Assembly (NCBI GenBank): GCA_965112735.1
Contig: OZ218953.1
Location: 2,294,001 to 2,358,000 of the forward strand
Direction of reading: 5' to 3'
Length of the DNA stretch: 64,000 nucleotides
Origin: Phaeosaccion multiseriatum
Lineage: Eukaryota; Protista; Ochrophyta, other classes
The translations under genes and the position numbers were made by a program. Under the pieces are notes generated by a model, which ran no database searches, was not told where the DNA came from, and saw only the letters and a program-made list of their open reading frames with translations. Shown here piece after piece: positions 26,040 through 38,000 of this stretch; position 1 is the first letter of the stretch, and each line of letters opens with the position of its first letter.

Positions 26040-29000
26040 GGAGGAGGAGGAGGAGGAGGCCAGTAAGTCAGTGGATGATGCAAATGCTCTCGCAGTGGTG
26101 TGTTGGTCCATTTCCTGCCCCTCATCCCATTTCTCCCGCCCTTCTGGCTGGGTCTCCACTGGAGTGGCACTGCTCCCTGCAGCTCACGAACCCCCGCCCC
26201 CCCTCCCGTCTTTCAATATTTGTATCTCTTTTTCTCTCCCTCTCCCTGCCTCTCCCTTTCCCTCGTCTCTCCCGATTGATTCACGCACCCGCCCACCGGA
26301 CGACTGCCCAGGCGTCATTCCCCAACTTCTACCGCCTGCCTGTGGCCGACCGAACGTCCATGTTTGGCCTGCTGTACGCCATCCTTGACTTCAATAGAGG
26401 TACTTGCAACGCTTGGTGCACGCCTCTCCTCTCTTTTGGCTCTGATATGGTGGCGCCCCCCACCGATGTGCTCTCTCTAACCCCCCAACCCCAAACAAGG
26501 ATTAAAAAAGAAGAAAGAAAGAATTTTTTAAACGCCTTGGTCCACACCTCTGGCTCTCTCTCTCTGACCTTGCTCCCCTGCCCTCCCCTCCCCTGCCCTC
26601 CCCGTAGATGAGGAGACATTCAACGCGTACGACCGCATGACTGCGCACGAGCTCTTCATTCGCATGGGCCTGAGCAAGGTGCAAAGTGTGAAGAGGAGGA
26701 GGAGGAGGAGGAGGAGGAAGAGGGTTTCCAGGTCTAGGAGGCTCTGCTCTACCCATATGCCTCTGCTCTGCTCTGCTCTGCTCTGCTGTCGTTGTATCTC
26801 TCTCGCACTTCTCCCCCCCCCCCCCCTCTCACCATGCGCACGTCACGGCGTTGTGGCCGCGGAACTGCACCCTTTTAACAGCATAACATCACCCCCCCCC
26901 CCTCCCCCCCTCCCGACGCCACACCCCGTACCTCCGTACTTTGCACATACCCGTCTACCCTTTCCATCCACCCTCCCGCAGCGCCTGGTGGAGGATTTCA
27001 TCAGGCCCACTCTTCTTGTGGGGCTGTTCAAGCCTCCCGAGGAGCTCAGTGCCGCTGTCGCCATGGAGCTGCTGTACTATTACGCCCTCGCGCACCAGAC
27101 AAGCTTCGACGTCAGATGGATGGTGAGACTGACTACCTCACTCATCCACTCTCTCACTCATCCACTCACTCTCTCAGTCACTGACTACCTCACTCATCCA
27201 CTCCCTCACTCATCCACTCACTCTCTCAGTCACTGACTCCCTCACTCATCCACTCCCTCACTCATCCACTCACTCTCTCAGTCACTCACTCTCTCACTCT
27301 CTCACTGACTCCCTCACTCACTCACCCACTCGCTCATTCACTTACTGACTCACTGACTCACTCACTCTCTCACTCGTTCAGTCCGTCACTCCCTCCTCGT
27401 CACTCCGCCCCTCCCTCACTCAATCACTCTCTTCCTCCCTCCCTCCCTCGCTCACTCCCTCACTCTCCCTCAGCGCAAGGGAAGCATCGCCGGGGAGATT
27501 ATCAACCCATTGGCCAAGAAGCTCATGGCGGAATACGACATCACCGTCAAGGGGGGATGCCTCGTGTCCCAGGTCAAGCTGGACGAAGAAGGAGAGGCTA
27601 ATAGTAGTAGTAGTAGTAGTAGTAGTAGCAGTAGTAGCAAGAACAGTAATGGCGTCAGCGGTAGCAGTGCGGTCACTGGAGTGGCCTACACGGAGGGATG
27701 GGGTGGTAAGGAGCAGCACTTGGACGGCCTAGATGGGGCTGTGTTGGCTCTCGGGGCAAAGGGTATGAAGGCCGTGGTCGGGGGCTCGCCAAAGCTGGCC
27801 AAGACGTCGGTGGAGCTCTGTCGGGCCGCGGCGTTGGACAGCATTGACGTTGTGGCCTGCCGCATATGGTGAGGAGGAGCAGGGAGGAGGTGGGAGAAGA
27901 GGCGGGGAAGAGGAGGGAGGAGAAGGAGGGGGGCATGTGGTCCGAATGTCGCTGCTGGAAACTGTCACATAAGCCTCATTGGTGGTGCTGTTTGCAGTGA
28001 TGATGGCAGGGGTTAGCGAATGGGGAGTACATCGAGGGAAAGGTCTTTGCCTTCCATGGTTCAAGCAAGCATTCCTCGTGCTCTCTCACCACCACGCCGC
28101 CTCATCTCCCCCACCCCCTCCCCCTCCCCCTCAAACCCTCACATACACACACACGTACGCACGCCATGCACGCACCCTCACCCACACTCACGCACCCACG
28201 CACCCTCACCCACACTCACGCACCCACGCACCACCCTCACAGGCTGGACCGGTACGTGCCCACCAAGTCTCCCGCCAACGTTTTTTCCAAGTTCGAGGCC
28301 TTGAGAGGGGCGGGAGGAACGTTCTTCATGCTGGACCAGATCCAGGGGGGCAGGCTCTACCCCGACGGGAGCGGCCCCACAGCGGCGGACAAGCAGGCAG
28401 AGAAGGACCTGTGGGCAGGGGAGGAGCCACAGGTCAGTCAGAGTTTGCACCTGTCGTTTACAGTTTCCAGCTTTGCAGCTTTGCAAGCCTTGCAGATTGC
28501 CCGTTCGTGAGTCATGGGGTTCAAAGAGAGTGGGGTGTGTATGTGGGGGGGGGGGAGGGTGTTGCTGCTGCTCTACCTTGTTGCCGCTTGACTGCTGCTT
28601 GACTGCTGCTTGACTCTTGTGCGTGCCGCCTCAGGGCTCTGTGGTGGCGTGCGACTTCTACAACGGCGGGGCCATCGCCTCCATGTCGGACGAGGACATT
28701 ATCAAGACCCTCATGGAGGACCTGCTCCCTGAGGCAGTGGGGGACTTCAGACAGGCGGTTGTGGTGGATTCCTTCGTGCAAAGGTGGGTGGGACCCACAC
28801 AGGGACCCACACAGGGACCCACACAGGGCTTGCTGCGTTCTTTAGACTGTTGGGGTCGAGTAAGGGGTCGGTGGGGGGGGGTTTTAAAGGGCCCAACGCC
28901 CAATGTCCTTGCTGCTACACTGTGAAGACGAAACCCGCTTGCTTGCTTGCTTGCTTGATTGCTTGACTCCTTTGACTAGTTGTTGGCAACGCATTGCATG

Positions 29001-30391
29001 TCGTCGTTACAACATACACACCAACTCAAGTGAGTGACGGCCCCGGTTCGACTTGACCTCCCCCCGCCCCTCCTCTTTGTGCAGATACCCCAAGGCCGTG
29101 ACGTGGTTCAGCCCCGGCTCCTTCGCGTCCCGCCCTCCCCTTGAGGTCAAGGGAGTGCGCAACCTTGTGTGTGCCGGGGACTGGTGAGTGAGTGGGGGAG
29201 GTATACATTGAGGAGAAAGGGGACAGAGGACGGAGGACAGAGGGAGAGAGGGAGAAAGGGAGAGAGAGGAGGTAACGGACGGTGAGGGGATAGCGGAGAG
29301 AGAGAGAGAGGAGGTAACGGACGGTGAGGGGATAGCGGAGAGAGAGAGAGGAGGTAACGGACGGTGAGGGGATAGCGGAGAGAGAGAGAGAGGAGGTAAC
29401 GGACGGTGAGGGGATAGCGGAGAGAGAGAGAGAGAGGGGAGATGAGAGATGGAGAGAGAGGGAAGAGCGGCGGGAAGGGGGATAGCGGAGAGAGGGAGGG
29501 AGCGTTGAGGGTCTTTCCTCCTGCTGCGGTGGGTGCCGGCTCCGTTGTTCGTTGCCTGTGGCGGTGGTGTGTCTCATTCTCATTGCGTTGGGGCGTTTCG
29601 CGTCGGCTGTCGACATGTAGGTGCTGCTGCTGCTGCTGCTGCTGCTGCTACTACTACGTGGTTACTCGGCCTCACCCCTTCTGTTGTCTTATCTCCCTCT
29701 CTCTGTCTTTGCCTTGTCGGTGCATCTCGATCGTCGCCAGGGTGCGCATGGGAAAGAACGAACATGGAGCCAAGGGGCTTTGCCAGGAGAGGTGCGTGTG
29801 TGCATGTGTGTGTATGTGTGCCTGTGTGTGTGTGTGTGCGTGTGTGTGTGCGTGTGTGTGTGTGTGTGCCTGTGTGTGCCTGTGTGTGTGTGTGTGTGTG
29901 CCTGTGTGTGCCTGTGTGTGTGTGCCTGTGTGTGCCTGTGTGGGTGTGTGTGCCTGTGTGTGCCTGTGTGTGTGTGCCTTTGTGTGTCTGTATGTGTGTG
30001 TGTTCTCTGTTGATTTCCCTCCCAGTCGTTACTGTGGGAGGGAGTGTGGCTCCTCCCCCCTCTACCCCTCCTCTTTCCCACCCATCTCTACCCACCTATC
30101 TACCCACTTATCCACCTATCCACCCGCACACACCCACACACACTCCACTCCATTCCACTTGCCACGTTCAGGGCCTACGTGTGCGGTTTGGAGGCCGCCA
30201 ATGCGCTAGCGAGGAGCGGAGCCCTCGGCAACAACAACCCGACGCAGACGGCCCAACGGCAGCAGCGGCAGCACCCCGTCATCCCCATCAGGGAAGACGA
30301 GCCGCAGGTCAAGGCTGGTAGGCAGATCAACAAGACTGTCAAGACCGTGCTGGGCAAGGTGGGGGTTCGAAACCCCTTCGCACCGCGGTGA
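24539..30391 (+). CDS. Plastid-targeted FAD-dependent oxidoreductase (amine oxidase / carotene desaturase-like superfamily), multi-exon
   Basis: Signal-peptide-like start with SLA|F cleavage motif and Ser-rich transit region; Rossmann motif IAVVGGGWGGWGAAKAL; EAGTRGFWKDYPNI; NLVCAGDWVRM; LCQERAYVCGLEAAN; stop 30389-30391. Substrate unknown. Confidence 0.85.
29262..29430. repeat. About 40-bp minisatellite (GAGGAGGTAACGGACGGTGAGGGGATAGCG(GA)n), 4 copies, intronic
   Basis: Four direct units differing only in GA tract length. Confidence 0.85.
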
Positions 30392-31138
30392 ACAGCCGCG
30401 GTGAGGAGGATACAGAAATGACTAACCTGCCGACCTTTCCAGTCGGGGGGTGGTCGTTGGCCGGGTCTCATCTCTGTGGCGGCTCGACTTCACCTCTCGA
30501 CTGCATCAGAGGGCTCTGGGGGAGGGAAGCGAAGGAGAGCGGAGATTCGCTCATCATTATGGATGGATGGCAGCTGAGGACTGCTACCATCCCTCTCCGG
30601 CCACACTGCGGCAACCCACCCACTCGGCTAAGTCGTGAAAGCCGTTACAATTAGAGGATGGGCATGAAATAGAGCTCCCGATAGATTGAGGTAGAGGCCA
30701 AAACTGGCCGACAACAGTGGCCAACACGGGTTGCAATGAGCCGCAGCCTAGGCCAGATAGACTTGCACAAATTCATATTAGCCGGGTGGGATGCGAGAAG
30801 CTCCCCTCCACTTCTTTACTCTCTTCTCAATCGTGCCAACATTCTTCTTTGTGCTTGATTTCTATCTCTTCTCTTTCATTCTTGCTCTCTCTCCCTTTTA
30901 TCGTTTTCTCTATGAACCGAAGTTCCCCCCACCTCCTACATCCAAAATCGTATCAAAACTGTTTGCAAGTTCTCTACAAAAAGTGCTGGCGCTTTGTGCC
31001 AATTGAGAAGGAAAACAACAAAACACACGCCACAATTGCACTTTCCCTCCTGCTCCTCCTCCTCCTCCTCCTCCTCCTCCCCCCCACCCCCCCTCCCACA
31101 TCCCCATCTTCAAAGCCCTTTCCTCATCTTTCTGCGAC

Positions 31139-31921
31139 CTACAGCCTCGGCTGCGTCATGTTGGCTCCTCCCTCCTCGCACACCCTCCGCATGTCCAGCA
31201 GCGCCTCTTGCAGATGATGGCACAGCCTCTCCGGCCAGCGCTCTTGCCCCGCTAGCCCCGTCCGGGCAGCCACCTGAAAGTGGAAACTCCTCTGCTTGAC
31301 CATGTACGCCAGCCCCACGCCATGCCGCACCACCTCCCCAAAGCCCCACCCATCAAACAACTCGTGGGAAATGTTAGAGGTGGACACTGCCCACGTCTTG
31401 CTCTCTGAAAAGGCCGGATCTGCAAAGAGCGCTGGCAGCTTGTCGGGGCTTGCCTCCCCGTCCTTTAGCATGAGCTTGAGCCCGAACAGGTGGCGGTCGC
31501 AGTCCTTCCCCTGGGCCGCTTCCCTGGCCAGAGTGGAGTGGCGCTTGGTCGCGTCTCGGAGGAGTCGGAGGCGGTGTTGCTGCTCCTCGTGCTCCTCCTC
31601 CTCCTGTGGCTCGGAGTTGTCTCGCATACGCTTGACCCAGGCCACCGATGAGTCTGTAACGGCTCGGATGCAGGCGGTGCGGCCGTGGAGGTAGATGCTC
31701 ACTTGAGCGGGCTCGTAGGTGGGTCTCACGCACCCACACATGCTGGCGGGGAGGGAAGGGGAGGAAGGTCCACAGGGGAGAGGGGCAAAAGAGGGATTGG
31801 GGATGGGGAAGGGGGGGGGGGGGGGGCTCAGGACAATGTTCTATCGCCAATGGTACGTCCACGCACACAAGCAAAAGCACGCGCGCACACACACACATGC
31901 ACACACACACGCACACACACG

Positions 31922-31985
<64 letters not shown>

Positions 31986-33229
31986 CCCCCCAACACCCAC
32001 CTGTAGTAGGCCAGCTGCAGGGCCTGCTGCGCGAATGCGTCGGGCGACATGCCCCACTTCTTCACCTCCGCCGCTCCGTACGCCACAAACTCCAGCGCCT
32101 CGAAGCCGTGGGCTGCCACCTCCGACTGGTGCGCGGCCCAGGCCAGGGAAACGTCACGCATAGAGGTGGCGGGCAGCACCAGGTCCAGACATCGGGCAGG
32201 AGCGGCGGCCACACGCACGGGAGGGTGTGATGCGGCTTGCCCCCCGGGGTGGCCTGCCGCCAGCTCTCCGACCCCGGGGGTGAAGGTGTACGAGGAGGAG
32301 GTTGGAGGTCTCCGGGCTGTCATGGAGTGGCGCAGCATGAAGCTGGCGAGGCGGAGGGAGGGAGTGCCGTCCATCATGGCATGTTCTCCGATGAGACCGG
32401 CCTTGGCGTTAGCAAACACCACCAGTTGAATGGGCTGCCGGAGGGGGGCGGGGCGGGGTGGGACGGGCAAGAAGTATGAATGAATGAGAGGGAGAGGAGA
32501 GGAGAGGAGAGAGAGGGAGAGAGAGAGATACACACAGAAAAAGACGGAGAGAGAGGAGGGAGGATGGAGGAGCGTAAGGGGGCTCGACGCATCACGATAC
32601 TCCAGAGGGCCCAGGGGGGGGGCATGAAACAGCCCTTCACATCGTGGACTGTCGAAATCTCCCCCCTCTCTCTCTCTTCTCTCCCTCTCAGTCCGTTCGT
32701 CCATCTCCCTCCCTCCCTCTCTCTTCCCGCCCTCCCTCCCCCTCCACCTCTCTCTCTCTCTCCCTCCCCCCCCCCCCCTTTTCTCTCTGTCTCTCACCTT
32801 GTCCCACCAGCGGTTGTTGCCATCCCCATGCAACAGCTGCCGCCCCACCTCCTTCTTGGTCACGGGGCGGGCCTCGTCCAGACACAGCACCAACGCCGCG
32901 CTCTCGATCCTCTCCAGCCTCTCTCTGTTGCTGCCCCGCCCCACCCCTTCTCCCCTTCCCTCTCCGCCGTCGTCGGACACACCCAGCAGCCGGGCCCGTG
33001 CATCGGCCCAGCTGTCTCTATCCCACGCCGTGAGGACACCCACCGGGGGAGTGCCGTCTCGAACGGGCCCACTGCCGGCCAGCACCGCCTGCAGCTGGGC
33101 CTCGAGAGTGTGCACGGAGGCGGGGGAGCCGTCGGCGTCGGTCACGGTGAGCTCGAAGAGGCGGTTGGCGACGGTTACGACAATGTGTTGGTGTAGGCTG
33201 AGTGAGGGGGTTGAGTGAGTGAGGAGAGG

Positions 33230-33291
<62 letters not shown>

Positions 33292-34286
33292 TCAGGGAGA
33301 ACACAGAGTCAAAGGCAAAAGCCTTTGTGAAAAACAGGAGAGACAAGAGGCGGGATTGACCTTTGGCAAGGGCGGTCCGGTCCAGTTGGCCAATGCATGC
33401 ACTGCCATCCGGCAGCAGCGTGGGTCACATCTGACTGACTGACTGACTGACTGACCTCGGGTCGTGCAGGGCGTAGGTGTCCTGCTCTCTGCGGGGGATA
33501 CGACACGTGTTAAACATGTACTTGTAGGGCGTTGTGCACAGCGGCTTGCGCTGCTTACCCCGCCCCACCCCGTCCGGAGGGAGTCTGCCTGACACCACCT
33601 GCTGCCGGAACAGAAGGGCGGCGTGGACGAGGCTAGCTGCGCGCCCGCATTGGGACCTGATGTTGTGTTTGGGGGGGGGATTGTGCATTCATTGCATGGG
33701 GGCAGGGGTTGAGGTGGCGGTGGTGGGGCAGTCGTCTTGCATGGGGAAAAGGGGGGAGGAGGAAGAGGGCACTGTCGACGTGAGAGCAGAGCACTTGTCC
33801 TACTTGTATAGAACAATGTACACGCTGCACGGACGAGGATACTGACTGACCTTTGCGCGGGAACAGGACTGTCCTTGAAGTGGTAGAAGTAGCTGATGTT
33901 GATAGGCACCGGGTCCCTCACCTGCGGCCGAGAGAGAGCGTGTGCGTGATTTTGCCGACGGGGGTGGGGGTTGGATTTAATGACGCAGTCTCGAATCGAT
34001 AAGGAAGGTGCCTACTCATATGCCCCAACCACCAACCCCCCCACCTGCAGATAGCCCAACTGGTTCCACCATAGCGCCAGATAGGAGGAGTCCCTCCCGT
34101 GCTCCTTGGCGCGTTGCAAGAGGCGGCGCTGGAGGACGGGCCCCATGCCTCCGGGCTGCAGGAAGTCCCGCACAGCAGCTTCGGTGCGCCGATACTGCTC
34201 CGTTGTGCTGCTTCCCCCCTCGTCCCTGTCGTGCTGAGTGAGGAGCGCGTGTACGCTGGCCAGGTACTTCAGCGAGCAAGGAGTGC

Positions 34287-34327
<41 letters not shown>

Positions 34328-34763
34328 GAGGGCGTGAAATGTGGCTGGCCTCGCAGCAACTGTGGGGAGGAGAGCGCCTGGTGGAGTTTAGTTCATGTCC
34401 CTCCACACCCGCGTACCTTGTCGGTCGTTTCTTGCAGGCTGGGTACTGGAAGGCGAGGCAGGGTGTGCTGGTGTTGGTACAGCGTAAGCGCAGCGTCCTC
34501 CACCAAAGGGGCATCGAGCCTGCGAACGCAAGAGCGAGAGGCGCGCAAAGACAAAAGGCCACCACCCCAGTCAATCCAAAGCACACACCAAGAGCGGCAG
34601 CAGCGATTCGTTGGCGCTGACAGATCATCCTTTCAGGGAAGGAAGGGGGTTGAAGTTTGACGACCGGCCCTGCCACAGGGAGCTCTTGGGGTAAGCGCCC
34701 AAGCTGGGTGACTGTCGCAGCTTACCTGTAGTCTCCATTGGACTCTCTCGTTCGGCCTCTCAT
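31139..34763 (-). CDS. Carnitine/choline O-acyltransferase family protein, probably peroxisomal carnitine acetyltransferase, multi-exon
   Basis: [53 protein letters not shown], catalytic [46 protein letters not shown] and carnitine-binding STS; ends TQPRL*. First exon [13 protein letters not shown] inferred from splice phase. Confidence 0.92.
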
Positions 34764-35090
34764 GGCTCTCCTTCGGTTCTCGCTGAACAAACAAGGAAGA
34801 GAGAAGACCCTTCAAAGAAAACCTATGTCATTAAGAATTCTACCCAACTGATCCCCAAACTTTCCGTTTCCCCTCTTCTCTCTCCTCCGATCCTCCTCCC
34901 TCACTTTCTCCCCTGATCTAGCAACGACAAGGAAAGGGGAAGTGGAGAAGGGCCCAACCTTTGTCGTGGACGGCTCAGCCGGCATACGAGACTGGAAGCT
35001 CGAAAAAGAGAGCCGAAAAGATTCCCTTTTCCCTGTCGGTTGTGCAGTGATTTATCGTGCACAAAAACTGTGTCTGCAGCTGCTAGGGAC

Positions 35091-38000
35091 ATGTCCCTGC
35101 TGCGTTATCCACCAGGGACGCGAGTAGACTGTCTCTACGATGATATTTACTACAGAGGGACAGTCAGGTAGGCCATGGGTTGGTCTAGGCTGCAGTTTTC
35201 TGTCAGAATTTTGGAGCAGGTTTTTTAATGCTTCCCTTCCTCCCCTCTAAATAGAGCTGACAGACCAGCCCGAGCCCTCTTAACCGGGCTGGTCAGTCGC
35301 CAGCCCAGTATTTTCTCCCCTTGTCGCGCCATAGCATGGGACCTTGTCCTATTGCCTCGTATAGCTCACTGCCGGTCTCCTATCTTCCGCGCCCCCACCT
35401 GCGTCTGCAGAGATGTCATCGCCGCCCCGGCCAGCAGCTCCAGAGCTGTGGATTTCTATACAGTAGTCTTCGACGATGGTGACATCAGGTGAGAATGCAG
35501 CCGAGAGACAGGCAAGGCCCTCCCTTTTTGTGGACTCCTCAGAATGGACATTTTTCCTACACTCCATAATGGAGAGGGGATACGACCAGAGGAGAGGAAA
35601 TGACATCCATCTCGTTCACAAAGAAAGGAGACAACGCAAGCCCACAGGCAAACTCCCTTTGTCCCTCTTCTTGCACTTCCTCCTCCACAGGGACGACGTT
35701 GAGGAAGACGAGCTGTGCGACACTCTGCGTGTGGGCACCAAAGTGCTTTGCCTGTACGACGAGGGAGGGGAGGACACCGACTACTACGACGGCTGCATCG
35801 CCAAGGACCATGGCGACAGCACCTACCAGGTGGACTATGAGGACGGAGACGTGGCGGAGAGGGCCCCGCGCCACCATATTAGGGAGGTGGAGGTGCCGCT
35901 CTCCGCGCGGTCTGGAGGCTCTCGCTCCTCGTCGGGACAGGCGGCACTGCTAGAAGGGTCGCCGGTGCGGCTGTCAAACCAGATCAAGGAGGCTGACCAG
36001 CAGCTGGCCACGCCCCCCCCTGCGTCCTCCAAAGACTCGGGGAGAAGGGGGGCAGCAGAAGGAGCTGCAGCAGGAGGAGGAAGAGGAGGGGGTGAGGGGG
36101 CAAGGAACGGGGCGGAGCAGTCCTCCTCATCCAGAGGCCGCAGACCGCGCGAAAGAGCCTTAAGTGGTAGTAGCAACAGCACTGACCGTCCATCAGGCGG
36201 GCCGCTGGGCTCCGACGGGAGAAATGGGACGACGGACCGTTTCAGCAGCGGTGGAGCAGGCGGGGGAGTTGGTTCTCCTGGATACTGCCCTGCCAGCTCG
36301 CTCTCTCCGGGCCCGCACGGGAGGCTGGATGCCTACGAGGCAGGCGAGTATCGAGCACCTCGCATAGAGCCAGAGGAGGGGCAGCAGCGAGAGGACGAAG
36401 GTGCAGACTGGGAGGGGGAGGACGAGGACGAGCCCAGCCCCGGCGAGAGGGGGAGGGGGAGGGCGGGTGGTGTGGAGGGAAAGTCCAAGGCCCGAAAGAG
36501 CGGCGGTAGACAGAGAGGAGGGCACGATTATGATGATGATGATGATGATGACGTCGATGATGATAATGATGATGGCGACGACGCGAATGACGTGGATGTG
36601 GATCCCGCCCTGTTCCACCCCACCTGCGGGAGTGCCCTGTATATGCACATGGAAGAGCTGACACACTCGTTGGAGCTCATGGGCACGGCCCCTCCTGACT
36701 ACCGCCTCAGCGCATACCTCTATCAGGTAGCCGTGCTCGAGCAGCAGCGATGGCAGCAGGAGGCCATGGGAGAGACGTTTGGGAGCAACGCGGGGGGGGG
36801 CGGGGGGGGGGGCGCCATCTTCTTGAGCTCGAGTGGGCTCGCCGCTTCTGCTCCAGGAGGAGTGGGGGGGGGCGTCGTCGCCACCGCAGCAGGGGCCGAG
36901 GGAGGAGGAGGAGGAGGGCTCGATGTGGTGTTTCCCAAGCGGCTGGAGCTGCGGCAGATCATCGAGGGCCTCACCAAGCTGCGCATGCGCATCGTGGCGC
37001 TGACGAGGCTGTGCCACGGGGACGCCTCTATCGAGATGACGCAAGCCCTCGTAGATCTCAGCGGCTGCTACGCGCAGCAGGGGCTCTGGCAGCAGGTAGG
37101 GTGGGGACGGGTGTGATTGATCGCTGTGTGGGGGGTGGGGGATAGGTCCTGGTCCTTTGGTCCTTTGTTCTGTGAGGTAGGTCGGAGTTGGCAGGATATC
37201 GCTTCTGCCGTTTTTATCTGTCGACGCTTTGCTGATCGATCCATCGATGCGTGTCGCTTATCACAGGTGTCGGCGCACATGAGTCGGGCGTCACAGCTTC
37301 TCATGGCCGTCAAGAATGCGACCGAAGAGGAGAGCTCCAACCATCGAGACGACGACGAGGAGGAGGAGGCGGGGGAGGAGGGCGTGGGAGGGGTGCTTAG
37401 GCGCGGTGGATGCGACTCTGCTCGCGAGGATCGAAGCGGGCGCTTTGGAGGTGAGGAAAGGGAGCAGCTGGGTGGGGAGAAGAGAGAGAGAGGAGAGAGA
37501 AGAGGAAGAGGAGGAAGAGGGGGGGAGGGGGGGGGGGGGGGAAGGGTACGGAGGCCCTTGGAGTGAGGTGGAAGGGGTGCCACATTGCAGTGCGCATTGG
37601 TCTCTCTTTGGTCCGAAGGGCTCTGCTCCTTCTGTTTGGAGAAGGTCTTGTAACACAGCACCGCCACCCCTCATATCCCACTCACTCACTCACTCGCGCA
37701 CGCGCACACGCACACGCACACGCAGGGATCAAGGGGATGGGTGCCCTGTGCTTCACCACCCGAGAGCGCTTCTTCGACCCGGACCTCGTGGAGGAGCTTG
37801 GTCCCACAGGCTGTGCAGACGTCGTGCTCGCAGTGCTGAGGGTCTTGAGGGAGGGGGCCCTGGCAGGGGGAGGAGGGGGAGGAGGTGATGGCGAGGGTGG
37901 TCAGGTCGGGGTGGTTTCTTTGCCTGCGTCGATGGATGCGCTCGCACAGCGACTGAGCTGGAGGAGGGGAAGAATAGCAGTTGGTGGTACAGAGGGTGTA

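Noticed and set aside
29262-29430. CRISPR-like repeat-spacer appearance
   Set aside because: The spacers are only GA tracts; eukaryotic intron; no cas genes.
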